Source of the DNA: Acidobacteriota bacterium
GTDB taxonomy: Bacteria > Acidobacteriota > Blastocatellia > RBC074
NCBI GenBank assembly: GCA_033763255.1
Contig: JANRKX010000067.1
Coordinates: 33,957 to 97,956 of the forward strand
Direction: 5' to 3'
DNA: 64,000 bases
The translations under genes were made by a program, and so were the position numbers. Position 1 is the first letter of the stretch; every line of letters begins with the position of its first letter. The notes beneath the pieces were generated by a model that saw only the letters and a list, made by a program, of their open reading frames with translations, searched no databases and was not told the DNA's origin. Positions 9,637-20,100 of the stretch are shown in pieces.

Positions 9637-12600
9637 TCACTTGATGTTGATTTGAACGACGTTGGCGATTGCGCCGTCCACGATCAACATCACATCCACC
9701 AGGCCGCTGCCTGCCAACGCGCGAGGCAATTCGATGTTGATTTGATCGAGACCGGCAAACCCGCCCTGGTCTCCGGCATAAGACACCGGAGCTTCGATGC
9801 CGCCGATGATGGCGCGAACGGCATCCAGCGAACTGCGACCACGAACTCCGGTAGCAAACAACGACAGGAAGATGCGATCGTCAATTGCGCCAAGATCAAT
9901 CGGCACGGCGACGAATCGCCCGGTCGTCAGATCGAATTGCGCGACTGGCCGCGAGCTGGACGAACCATCGGCTCGGAACGTCAAGGCGTTCGCCGCTGGC
10001 AAACCTCGCCCGCTGGCATCGGCGACGAAAATTCCCGGAGCCACGTTGGCGATTTCCACCACGCTGCCGGAAACCGCTCCGTTGCCGCTGGTAATCAGAA
10101 TCGTAGCTTGCCCCGCAGCCGTTCCCGGCGGAACCAGGTAGTTGACCTGTGTCGGAGCGACGAAAAACAACGGAGCAAGTCGTTCGACGTTGGCGCTGTC
10201 GCGCACCTTGACCGTCGTTCCCGCGAGCGTTGTCGGCAGCGGCACGGATGTCGCCACCTGAGTCGTCGTCGCCAGATTGATTCCGAACACGGCGACAATC
10301 TGATCTGACGTGAGAGCTTCGCCGCGATAGCTGGCGGCGGAAACGCTGGTTGCGGGTTGCGCCAGCAACACCGGAGTCGCCACAGCATCCGTCGGCAAAG
10401 CTGCGCCGCTGGTGTCTGTGACGCTACGCGCTACCGGAGCATCGCGGAACGTGAAATCCAACTTCGCTCCGGTGTTGGCATCGGAGTAATCAAACACGAT
10501 GTTGAAAATTCGCCGCGAACCTTCGGCCAGAGTTTGGTTGCCGGGCATGATCAGCGACATGCCAATTGCGCCTTGAGCCACCTGACTGGTGTTGACGTTG
10601 AGCGTTGCGCCGGTCGCGTCGGCTCCCAGCGTCACGCGCGGATTACTCAGGATGGCGGTGTTGAAACCCAAACTGAGGCTGACGGCTTTTTCATTGCCGA
10701 ACGCTTCCAGGTTGACGCGCAAGGTCAACTGTTTGGTCTGTTCCGCCCCAAAAGCGAAGTTGACGCTGGTATCTCCACCCCAGCCGAGCGTCCTTTTTTT
10801 GATTACCAACTTATACTCGCGCATCCCTGTGCATCCCATTGCGTCAACCACCAACACCTTGAAGACGAACGTGGCTTTCTCTGGCACAAGCACCGGAGTC
10901 GGGCCAGAAAGCACTCCGGCGGAAGACAACGTCATTCCGATAGGTAACGCTCCGCCGATGATCGAGTATGTGTAACTGGGCATTCCTCCGATGGCCGTCA
11001 AACTGACTGGGCCGTATAGCCCGCCATCTTTTCCCTCTGGCAGATCAATCGGGCCAAGCGTAATCGTCGGGCAAGCGCAACATTTGGCTCTGGCTTCGGT
11101 GATTTCGACCAGCAATGCGCTCACTTGCCCGGCAGCAGCCGCAGTGACAAAAGTCAGCTTGTTCGGCCCCGCCTGGAATCCGCTGGTGATCGTGAAGGTG
11201 GTGAACCCCGTTGGGCCGCTGCTGGTGGCAATCGGCGTCGTGCTGCTGTTCAGGAACAACTGCCCGCTGGCGTTGGCCGCAAACCTGCCGCTGATGAGAA
11301 CACTGCTCAGGTCGCAACCATTCAGTTCGAAATTGGCTGTGTACCGAAGACCGCCGGGAATGCCCGGCCTGCCGATCCATGCGGCGGTGGAACTTGTGGC
11401 CCAAGTGTTTGGTGGATCAATGACAACCGGCGACACGGGCGTAAGTGTGGGGCTTGGAGTGACAGCGGAGTAATGGCCATCAGGGACGCCGAGCGGCAGT
11501 TTGATCGGGTTGTTGTTGGTGGTGTTGGCTACTCCCGTGTTGAACAGCTTCAGATCAACGACCGGACAGTCTTTGATGACGATGGTGTACGGCTTGGTTA
11601 AGCTACACCCGCAAAGGTCAACCGCAGCTACTGTGAACGTGAACGTGCCTGCCGTGCTCGGCGTGCCTTGCAACATTCCACCATCGAAGTTCAGACCCGG
11701 CGGCAAAGTTCCCACGACGGAATACGTCACCGGCGGGCACATGCTATCGGTCGTGAAGGTTTGTTTGGGATACACCGAGCCAACAAACCCAGCGGGCAGG
11801 TTGTTCGGCGTGATCGTAAGATTGCAAATGACCTCTATCGTGTAATTCTTCGTGCTCGGACATCCGCAATTATCCGTCGCCGTCACCGTGAAGGAATACA
11901 CTCCCTTCAGTGTCGGCGTGCCTTGCAACATCCCGTCCATAAAGCTCAATCCCGGCGGCAGAGTTCCGGTGACGGAATACGTCACGATCGGGCAAGGGCT
12001 GTTGTTTGTCAGCGTTTGTTTGGGATACGGCTTGCCCGCCGTTCCCGCGGGCAGCGCAGCCGGCTGAATCGTATACGGAGTGCATTTGACCTCAATGGGC
12101 TGCGTGAACACTGCCATGCAGCCGTTGGCGTCTTTGACAGTAATCTGAACGGGAAATGTGTTTTGCTGAGTCGGTATGCCGGTCAGCTTGCCGTCCATCG
12201 AAAGCGACAACCCCGGCGGCAATCCCGTAGCCGAATACATATACGGCCCGGTTCCGCCCGAAGCCATAAACATCGTCGTCGGGAACGGCTGCCCGGTCAT
12301 GCCTATCGGAATCGTGCTGGGCGTAGAAGCCAGACTTAGCGTGACGCCTGCACAAGGTGATGGTTTGCATTTCCCCGCCGAACCCGCCAGAAAGATTGAG
12401 CGAAGCTCCTCTGGGGTCAGCGCGACGCGCCAGAGTTCGACTTCATCAATCACGCCGTTGAAAAATTGAACCAGCGGCGCTGTAGCCGTTCCACCGGTCA
12501 AACCGCCAATTTGGATTGGGAAATTTGTGCTTTGCATGGGCGGCAGAGTTCTAGCAACACACGTGTCTACCTGGCCGTTGATGAGCAAACACACTTGGGT

Positions 12601-15117
12601 CAGGCTGACCGTTGCCGCCACATGGGTTGGAACGTTCACCGGCAACTCAGCCGTGGACACTACTTCCTGAAATGTGTCGCCATCTGAAATGTCCAAAAAC
12701 AGCCGTCTAAACGGAGTGACTGTGTTTGGAAAACCGCTAACCCCCAGCCCAAACGAACCGGTTACAGATTGGCCTCCGCCATTGCCTTTCCAAACCAATG
12801 GCATGTTGCTGGTGTTGAACTGATTGATGGTGATCCAGGCGTCCAGTGTGAATTGGTTGACGTTGAAATCGTCGTGATGCGGCGCTTCCAGCCAGTGATT
12901 TGCTGTTGTCAAAATGCCTGGGCCAACTATGCCTGCTGGAAAAGTTCCGCCCGTTCCTTGCGGCAGAGCGTGATGAGCGCCTCGGATGTCGTTGCCGTTT
13001 CCATCCATCGGCCACCAACTAATCATGTCTTCGTTTCTCGGCGGCGGTTCTACGCATCCACAATTTTTCGTCGTACAAATGACTTTGAGCTTGTACTCGC
13101 GCGTTGCCATGCAGCCGCATTTGTCCGTCACTTTGACTGTGAATGTGAAATCACCGGTCAGGACTGGCGCGCCAGAAAACGTGCCATTCGGGTTCAGCGT
13201 CAGACCCGGTGGCAATTGGCCTGCGCTGATGGTGAAGGTGTTCATGCCGCATCCGCCAACCGTCGAAAATTGCAATCCGGTCGGAGCGTAAGTCGCGCCT
13301 CTGATTCCATCGGGCAATTGCATCACGTCAGGTGTGATGCCCGTGATGCCGCAATTGATTGTCAGCGAATAATCCCGAATTCCAGTGCAGCCGAATTTGT
13401 CTGTCACGGTGACGTTGAAGGAAAACGCGCCGGTTTGCAGGGGCGTGCCTTGCAGCTTGCCGTCGGAGGTCAGTTGCATTCCGCTGGGCAACAATCCGGC
13501 GGTCACGGCGTAGCTGTACGGCGCGGTTCCGCCTGTTGAAGTCAATTGTTCCACCGGCGAATAACTCTGCCCGGCGATGCCGTCGTGCAATGTGGTTGGC
13601 GAAATGACTATGTTGGGACAGGCGATTTGCCAGGTGATGGCGACGGTTCCCATGCAGCCGTTTTTGTCTGTGGCTTTGACCGTGAAATTGAAATTGCCCG
13701 CTGCTTCAGGAATGCCGGTCAGCTTGCCGTCGGGTTGCAGCGTCACGCCTGTGGGCAAAGTTCCGCCCGACAAACTGTACGTGAACGGAGCCGCTCCGCC
13801 GGCGGGTGAAAATTGCTGCATAAACATTTGCCCGACGACGCCATTCGCCAGCGTAGTCGGCGTCAACGTGATGAGCGGGTCTTTCTGCGTGTAAATTTCG
13901 GCGGAAGCCAAATGAACATTGTTGCCAGTTGTGCCACCGGCAACCAGCACACGACCACAGCTCAGCAGCGCCGCAATGTGGTGGCGTCCGCGAGCGCTGT
14001 TCATCGGCCCGGCATCAGACCATTGCTCCATTGCAGGGTCGTAAAGCTCTGCTGAATTGGTTTGAACACCAGCCAGGTTTTGTCCACCGGCAATCAAGAC
14101 TTTGCCCGAAGGCAACAGCGTCGCCGTGTGGCGATGGCGCGCAACGACAATTGGCGCTTTGGTTGACCACGTGCCGCTGATCGGATCGTAAAGCTCTACG
14201 GAATTAAGCGTTGTTGTCGAATTTACGCCGCCTACGACCAACACTTTGCCGGAAGGCAACAGCGTCGCCGTATGCGCGTAACGCGCCGCTGCCATTGGCG
14301 TGGCGACTGTCCAACTGCTGCTGCCGGGAGTGTAAAGCTCTGCGGAATTGTACGGAGTCAAAGGATCGCGCTGCGCGCCACCGACAACCAACACCCGTCC
14401 ATCATTCAGCGTCGTCGCCGTATGAAGAAATCGCGCCACATTCATAGGTGGCCCGGCTGACCACGTTTTATTCGCGGGATTGGGATTGTACAGTTCGGTT
14501 GTTTTGTACGTTCCATTCGGCCCGGTGGCAGAGTTGTTGTCATACCCGCCCGTCATCAACACGTGGCCGGCCAAAGAACCGGTCGTCAGCAAAGCCAATG
14601 CCGGTTGATACCGTTTCAACGAAGGCGCGTTGTTGGTCGCGCTCCACCCTGACGGGGTTTCGGTATACAAAAAACTGCTGGGAGGAAAGGTGCTGTTGGG
14701 ATCGTCATCGCCGACCACCAACACTTCGCCAGTGTTGAGCAATTGCGCCCCCAGTCTGTGCGCAATTGGAATTGGCGCAATCGCCTGCCAGGTATTGCCA
14801 GGACCGTAAATGGCTGCATCGGTGATGAAGTTTTGCGTGGCTGTAGCGCCGCCCACGACCAGCACTCTGCCCGATGGCAACAAGCTGGCGGCGGCAACGC
14901 CGCGCGCTGTCGGCATGGATGCCGCATTCACCCAATCTCCGGGTAAAGCCGTCGCCACCGGCGAACTGACTGAATCGGGGTTCACAGCCTTGCGCGCCAA
15001 CACCTTGTTCAACAGCGCACCATTGGCGGTGAAGAGTGCAACAAGACCAAGTGAGAACACAGCGGCGAACAACGACACTTTCCACCGCAGGGCGAGTTTT
15101 GACATTCGAATGAACAT
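9637..15117 (-). CDS. giant secreted protein (1826 aa): N-terminal Kelch-type beta-propeller, many tandem Ig-like (dystroglycan/cadherin-like) domains, C-terminal Solibacter-type domain
   Basis: Signal peptide; repeated GRVLVVGG / GKVLVVGG kelch blades; more than 12 units of ...LP.G..G..Y...TA.GG..PY.YS..SG.LP.GL.L...G.L.GTP; last about 240 aa homologous to the C-terminus of the 25747-30030 protein. Confidence 0.85.
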   Translation of the reverse strand: MFIRMSKLALRWKVSLFAAVFSLGLVALFTANGALLNKVLARKAVNPDSVSSPVATALPGDWVNAASMPTARGVAAASLLPSGRVLVVGGATATQNFITDAAIYGPGNTWQAIAPIPIAHRLGAQLLNTGEVLVVGDDDPNSTFPPSSFLYTETPSGWSATNNAPSLKRYQPALALLTTGSLAGHVLMTGGYDNNSATGPNGTYKTTELYNPNPANKTWSAGPPMNVARFLHTATTLNDGRVLVVGGAQRDPLTPYNSAELYTPGSSSWTVATPMAAARYAHTATLLPSGKVLVVGGVNSTTTLNSVELYDPISGTWSTKAPIVVARHRHTATLLPSGKVLIAGGQNLAGVQTNSAELYDPAMEQWSDAGPMNSARGRHHIAALLSCGRVLVAGGTTGNNVHLASAEIYTQKDPLITLTPTTLANGVVGQMFMQQFSPAGGAAPFTYSLSGGTLPTGVTLQPDGKLTGIPEAAGNFNFTVKATDKNGCMGTVAITWQIACPNIVISPTTLHDGIAGQSYSPVEQLTSTGGTAPYSYAVTAGLLPSGMQLTSDGKLQGTPLQTGAFSFNVTVTDKFGCTGIRDYSLTINCGITGITPDVMQLPDGIRGATYAPTGLQFSTVGGCGMNTFTISAGQLPPGLTLNPNGTFSGAPVLTGDFTFTVKVTDKCGCMATREYKLKVICTTKNCGCVEPPPRNEDMISWWPMDGNGNDIRGAHHALPQGTGGTFPAGIVGPGILTTANHWLEAPHHDDFNVNQFTLDAWITINQFNTSNMPLVWKGNGGGQSVTGSFGLGVSGFPNTVTPFRRLFLDISDGDTFQEVVSTAELPVNVPTHVAATVSLTQVCLLINGQVDTCVARTLPPMQSTNFPIQIGGLTGGTATAPLVQFFNGVIDEVELWRVALTPEELRSIFLAGSAGKCKPSPCAGVTLSLASTPSTIPIGMTGQPFPTTMFMASGGTGPYMYSATGLPPGLSLSMDGKLTGIPTQQNTFPVQITVKDANGCMAVFTQPIEVKCTPYTIQPAALPAGTAGKPYPKQTLTNNSPCPIVTYSVTGTLPPGLSFMDGMLQGTPTLKGVYSFTVTATDNCGCPSTKNYTIEVICNLTITPNNLPAGFVGSVYPKQTFTTDSMCPPVTYSVVGTLPPGLNFDGGMLQGTPSTAGTFTFTVAAVDLCGCSLTKPYTIVIKDCPVVDLKLFNTGVANTTNNNPIKLPLGVPDGHYSAVTPSPTLTPVSPVVIDPPNTWATSSTAAWIGRPGIPGGLRYTANFELNGCDLSSVLISGRFAANASGQLFLNSSTTPIATSSGPTGFTTFTITSGFQAGPNKLTFVTAAAAGQVSALLVEITEARAKCCACPTITLGPIDLPEGKDGGLYGPVSLTAIGGMPSYTYSIIGGALPIGMTLSSAGVLSGPTPVLVPEKATFVFKVLVVDAMGCTGMREYKLVIKKRTLGWGGDTSVNFAFGAEQTKQLTLRVNLEAFGNEKAVSLSLGFNTAILSNPRVTLGADATGATLNVNTSQVAQGAIGMSLIMPGNQTLAEGSRRIFNIVFDYSDANTGAKLDFTFRDAPVARSVTDTSGAALPTDAVATPVLLAQPATSVSAASYRGEALTSDQIVAVFGINLATTTQVATSVPLPTTLAGTTVKVRDSANVERLAPLFFVAPTQVNYLVPPGTAAGQATILITSGNGAVSGSVVEIANVAPGIFVADASGRGLPAANALTFRADGSSSSRPVAQFDLTTGRFVAVPIDLGAIDDRIFLSLFATGVRGRSSLDAVRAIIGGIEAPVSYAGDQGGFAGLDQINIELPRALAGSGLVDVMLIVDGAIANVVQINIK

Positions 15118-15240
15118 AATTCCTCCTGTTGTCAGGGTTTTGTAGAGGTTGGTTTTCTGAATAACCGATGTTTCGCTATGGCCAATCAGGTAAAGGGTAT
15201 GACAGCCTCTTCGTCCCGGAAGGGACGGTTGAAATTAGCG

Positions 15241-15410
15241 CGGCGTTTCAACGCCGGGTAGCAGAGTCTTTCTTCGCCGCGTCCCGTGGGGACGCTTGAA
15301 TCCTGCTTTGGCGAAAGTTCAAGCGTCCCTACAGGACGCGGACTCATTCGCTGCTTTTCCCGGCAGTAAACTGCCGCGCTAAAATCAAACCGTCCCTACG
15401 GGACAATAGG
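15241..15410. promoter_or_regulatory. cluster of palindromes in the 5' region of the giant gene (candidate operator or structured leader)
   Basis: Three GTCCC-N3-GGGAC palindromes (15281-15293, 15326-15338, 15392-15404). A 23-bp imperfect inverted repeat 15278-15300 / 15318-15340. Small hairpins 15241-15256 and 15361-15376. Confidence 0.3.
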
Positions 15411-15429
15411 CTACCCACCCAAGACCTGC

Positions 15430-15903
15430 TTAATTGGGGCAAGCGCAAAAACCATGAGGGCTGGGATTGATTGCAACCCTTTCATGATTCTGCGCTCCGC
15501 CAAAGCTGTAAAACTTGCAGTAATTACCGCCGCAATGACCTTCACATTTTTTTGGCCCGATAAATTTGCAAACGGCAGCCAGCCAATACTTCGTATCCAG
15601 CAGCTTCTTGTCGGTGACGCCGTCTTCCTTAAGCCCTTTGACCAGAGCTTCGACTTCGCGTTGATTTTGGCGATATGCAATGATCTTGCCGTCTTTCGTT
15701 GCGCGTTGGGCAACGTACTTTTCCCCTTCGGCAATGGCTTTGCCATTGATGTCAACCGGAATAACTGGCGTCGGCGTAGGCTTTATGGGAGCTTGTTTGT
15801 CTCCGGCTTGTCTTTGCATCAACGCAGTACCGGACATTGAGCCAACCACCGTGATGATGGCAAAGGTGATAAGCAACAGATTGAAACGACTGAGTTTTCG
15901 CAT
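15430..15903 (-). CDS. small secreted protein with cysteine-rich C-terminus (hypothetical)
   Basis: Signal peptide or TM at the N-terminus; six Cys in the last 45 aa (CKFIGPKKCEGHCGGNYC...CAC). Confidence 0.45.
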   Translation of the reverse strand: MRKLSRFNLLLITFAIITVVGSMSGTALMQRQAGDKQAPIKPTPTPVIPVDINGKAIAEGEKYVAQRATKDGKIIAYRQNQREVEALVKGLKEDGVTDKKLLDTKYWLAAVCKFIGPKKCEGHCGGNYCKFYSFGGAQNHERVAINPSPHGFCACPN

Positions 15904-16155
15904 GGTGTCTCCTTGTTCTCAGGCTGCGATCCCGCCACCTGAAAATTGATTGTGTTTGAGAGTTTTTGGTGACTGCCAGACGGCTGAGTAGTTCCGCCTG
16001 CACTCGCTATAGCGAGAAAAGTGGGGGGCGGCGTCTCATCTCGACGGTAATTTTTTTCATGGCTTGGCGTCTCTACAGGTAGGAGATGCAGCGGTACTGT
16101 TGCTACACTTTGCTCACACAATCCATCTGCATTACTTCTGGGAGAAAATACACAA

Positions 16156-16725
16156 ATGTCTGAAGCTTCCGCGACTTCGGTAACGCAATTGTTGCAAGCC
16201 TGGCGGGCGGGCGACAAAACGGCGTTCGATCAATTGTTGCCGCTGGTGCAGGACGAATTGCATCGGTTGGCCAAACGTATCCTGAGCCGCGAACGGCAAG
16301 GCCACACCTGGCAGACGACCGAACTGGTCAACGAAGCTTATTTGAAACTGGTCAATCAGCAGCAAGTCGAATGGCAGGATCGCGCGCATTTTTTTGCCGT
16401 CGCTTCGCAAGTCATGCGGCATCTGTTGGTGGATCACGCGCGTGAACGACATCAGGTCAAACACGGCGGTGGCACGCAGCATCTGTCGCTGGATGACGTA
16501 GCTATGATTGCGCCGGATCGTTCTGCCGAGTTGCTGGCACTGGATGACGCGCTCAGTCGCTTGGCCGATTTCGACAAACAAAAAAGCCGCATCGTCGAGC
16601 TACGCTATTTCGGCGGCTTGACGGTGGAAGAAGTCGCCGAAGTGCTGGGCATTGCCGCCATCACCGTCAAACGCGAATGGGCCAGAGCAAAGCTGTGGCT
16701 GTACAAAGAATTATTGACCTCATAA
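16156..16725 (+). CDS. ECF-type sigma-70 factor of the kinase-associated class (TIGR02999/ECF43-like)
   Basis: MSEASATSVTQLLQAWRAGDKTAFDQL... sigma2 and sigma4 regions; immediately upstream of a Ser/Thr kinase gene. Confidence 0.85.
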   Translation: MSEASATSVTQLLQAWRAGDKTAFDQLLPLVQDELHRLAKRILSRERQGHTWQTTELVNEAYLKLVNQQQVEWQDRAHFFAVASQVMRHLLVDHARERHQVKHGGGTQHLSLDDVAMIAPDRSAELLALDDALSRLADFDKQKSRIVELRYFGGLTVEEVAEVLGIAAITVKREWARAKLWLYKELLTS

Positions 16726-16855
16726 GCCAAGATTTTTCCACGAAGAAACACGAAGAAAACAAGAAGATTTTTGACAGGATGGCAGGGATTCTCAAAGTGT
16801 GTTTGGAAATCAGCGCCAGAGGCGCGACCTGTTTATAGAAATGACGCGCTAGTCA

Positions 16856-16909
16856 TGCCAAGCTCCGTAGGAGCGGCCTCTGCATAGATCGCTCCTACGG
16901 AGCTTGGCA
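16856..16909. repeat. 20-bp perfect inverted repeat (TGCCAAGCTCCGTAGGAGCG / CGCTCCTACGGAGCTTGGCA) with a 14-bp spacer, plus a 19-bp direct repeat of one arm at 16936-16954
   Basis: Read directly in the sigma-kinase intergenic region. A nested outer inverted repeat CCTGTTTATAG / CTATAAACAG lies at 16828 / 16930. Confidence 0.55.
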
Positions 16910-17108
16910 GCCTTGTCGCACGCCAAACTATAAACAGATCGCTCCTACGGAGCTAAAACCGTAATCCGAATTCTCAAACAGCTTGTCATGACCAGAAGCC
17001 AACAAGCCATCCTGTAAATCCTGAAGTCAATCTTGTGAATCCTGTTTTCTCTTCGTGCCTTCTTCGTGTGACTTCGTGGACGAAGATTTCATCACCGGAG
17101 GCCGAGCC

Positions 17109-20100
17109 ATGACTCCAACTCGCTGGCAACAAATTGACCAACTGCTGGAATCCGCGCTGGAATTGCCCGCCGATCAGCGCGCGGCGTTTCTGGAAAGCGC
17201 CTGCAACGGCGATGGGACCTTGCGCCGCGAAGTCGAACAATTGCTGGCGGCGGATGAAAGTGTGGAAGATTTTCTGGAATCCGCGCCAGCCGAAGCGATG
17301 GCTGAGGTGTTGGACGCCAAGCTGGCAAGCTCTTTGGTCGGCAGTCGCGTCGGGCCGTATCAAATTCTGCGTGAACTGGGGCGCGGCGGCATGGGCGTCG
17401 TTTGTCTAGCCGAACGCACAGACCAACAGTATCGCCAACAAGTCGCCATCAAACTGCTCTGGCCGGGTGTCAACCAGGCAGAAATAATTCGCCGGTTTCG
17501 CCGCGAGCGACAAATACTGGCCAACCTGCACCATCCCAACATCGCGCAACTCTTTGACGGAGGAACCACAGAAGACGGGCGGCCTTACTTCGTGATGGAA
17601 CACGTCACCGGCCAGCCGATCACGGAGTATTGCCGCGCGCGCCAACTGACCATCGCCGAACGGTTGACGTTGTTTCAGCAATTCTGTTCGGCGGTGCAAT
17701 ACGCTCACCAAAATCTGGTCATCCACCGCGACCTGAAACCCGGCAACATTCTGGTGACGGAAGACGGCACGGTGAAGCTCCTCGATTTCGGCATCGCCAA
17801 ACTGCTCGACGCGGAGCGGCATGGGTTGACGGCGCAACCGACAACCAATGCGTTGATGATGACACCGGAATACGCCAGCCCCGAACAAATGCGCGGCCAG
17901 CCAGTCACGACGGCCAGCGATGTCTACAGCCTGGGCGTAGTGTTGTACGAATTGCTGACCGGCCAATCGCCTTACGAATTCAAAGACCGCAACTTGCCCG
18001 AACTCATCCGCGTGGTGTGCGACGAGGAACCGATTCTGCCCAGCCGCCGCGCTGGGTCTTCAAACTTGCGCGGTGACTTGGATGGCATTTTGCTGACCGC
18101 GCTGCAAAAAGAACCTCAGCGCCGGTACCAAAGCGTCCAGCAATTCCACGACGACATTCGCCGCCATCTGGAAGGCCAGCCGGTTCAGGCGCAAACCATT
18201 ACGCTGCGGTATCGAGCCGGAAAGTTCGTGCGGCGCAACAAACTGCTGGTCGCGGCAACGGCGGCAGTTGTGTTGGCGTTGCTGGCCGGAACCATCGTCG
18301 CCACCTGGCAAGCTCGGCGAGCGACGGAACAGGCGCGTTTGAATCGCCGGTTGCTGTATGCCGCGCAAATGAATCTGGCCGGACAAGCCTGGGACGCCGC
18401 CAACATCTCGCGCGCTGAACAACTGGTGGAAGCCAATCTGCCGCAACCCGGCGAAGAAGATTTGCGCGGATTTGAATGGCATTACCTGCGGCGGCTGGTT
18501 CGCCAGAATCTGCGGCTGACGTTGCCGCATCCGCACGAAGTCCGCGCGGTTGCCTTTTCGCCGGATGGTTCAATGTTGGCAACCGGCGGCGGGGACAACA
18601 TAGCAAGGCTGTGGGATGCGGCTACCGGGAGTTTGCTGAAAGAATTGAAGACGCACACTCAGCGAGTGAATGCCGTCACGTTTTCTTATGATGGAAAAAC
18701 GTTGGCAACTGGGTCAGACGACAACTTGATCGGTTTGTGGGAAGTCACCAGCGGCAAGTTGCTGCGGAGGATGGTTGGGCAGGACGATGATGTGTTGAAG
18801 CTGGCCTTTTCGCCAGACGGGCAATGGTTGGCGTCTTCGACTCATGCGCCTTGGATAGACGTTTTCAAACTCTCGACTGAGACGGTATTCATTCCTCTCA
18901 ATGGGCATCGGTCAACAATTTCCGGCCTATCGCTTTCTCCTGACGGTCGCTGGATTGCTTCGGGCAGCGACGACAGCTTAGTGAAAATTTGGAACGTGCC
19001 AGTCAATTACCTTCCTGGCATAACCCAACGCTGCTACAGAAGCTGGTGGCCAATGGCACCTGGAGATGGAATATGGAGAATGCAGTCCGATATAGACAAT
19101 TGCTACAACGTACAGGCTATACCTGCGCCTAGTAGGGAACTTACAGTTTTGAAAAGTCATCGTGACCGAATTCTTGCCGTCGCCTTTGCGCCAGACGGGA
19201 AATTGCTGGCAAGCGCAGGCGCGGATCAAACGATCAAATTGTGGGATACGACCAACTGGCGCGAAGTGGCTTCGCTGACCGGGCACAGCCAGATGATTCG
19301 CGCCGTTGCGTTTTCGCCTGACGGCAAAACGTTGGTTTCGGGCAGCGAAGATCGCTTCGTCAAATTGTGGGATGTGGCAGCGCGGCGAGAACTCAGCACA
19401 ATTCGCGGGCACGGCGGCAAAGTTTATTCGCTGGCGTTTTCGCCCGATGGACAAACACTGGCGACGGCCAGCGACGATCACACCGTCAAGCTCTGGGATA
19501 TGACGGCCAACACGCAAGCCTTCACCGAACTGACCGGCCACACCGATGAAGTGGACGTGGCAGCGTTTTCGCCTGACGGCAAAATCATTGCGACGGCTGG
19601 TGACGACAAAACGATTAAATTGTGGGACGCCGCCAGCGGGCAAGCCTTGAAAACGCTGACCGGACATATTTCTTGGGTTCAATCGCAGGCTTTTTCGCCA
19701 GACGGAAAGCGATTGGCTTCTGCCGACAGAAAAGGAAACCTCATCTTTTGGGATACGGCTTCAGGAAACCAGCTACTCAACCTTCAGGCGTTTCAGCAAG
19801 ACGTATTTTCTGTCGCCTTTTCTCCGAACGGTCAGCATTTGGTTGTCGCTGGTCTTGATGACTTACAGAAGACAAACGAACTCCGCTTTGGAATCAGAGT
19901 TCTGGATTCAATCAGCGGCCAACTTCGCGCTTCGATCATTGGGCATAAAGACCGGTTGCGCTCCGTAACGTATTCGCCGGACGGAAAACTGTTGGCGACC
20001 GCAGGCGGCGATCAACTCATCAAAATTTGGAATGCGGAAACCGGCCAGGAATTGGGAACGCTGGCCGGTCATCAAGGAGAAATTTGGAAGCTGGCGTTTT

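Noticed and set aside
9652-14946. Many plus-strand ORFs (for example 9652-10308, 11668-12339, 12769-13539) inside the giant minus-strand gene
   Set aside because: They are antisense to a 1826-aa ORF with clear domain repeats, and their products are Arg/His/Gln-rich and low-complexity. These are typical high-GC antisense artefacts.
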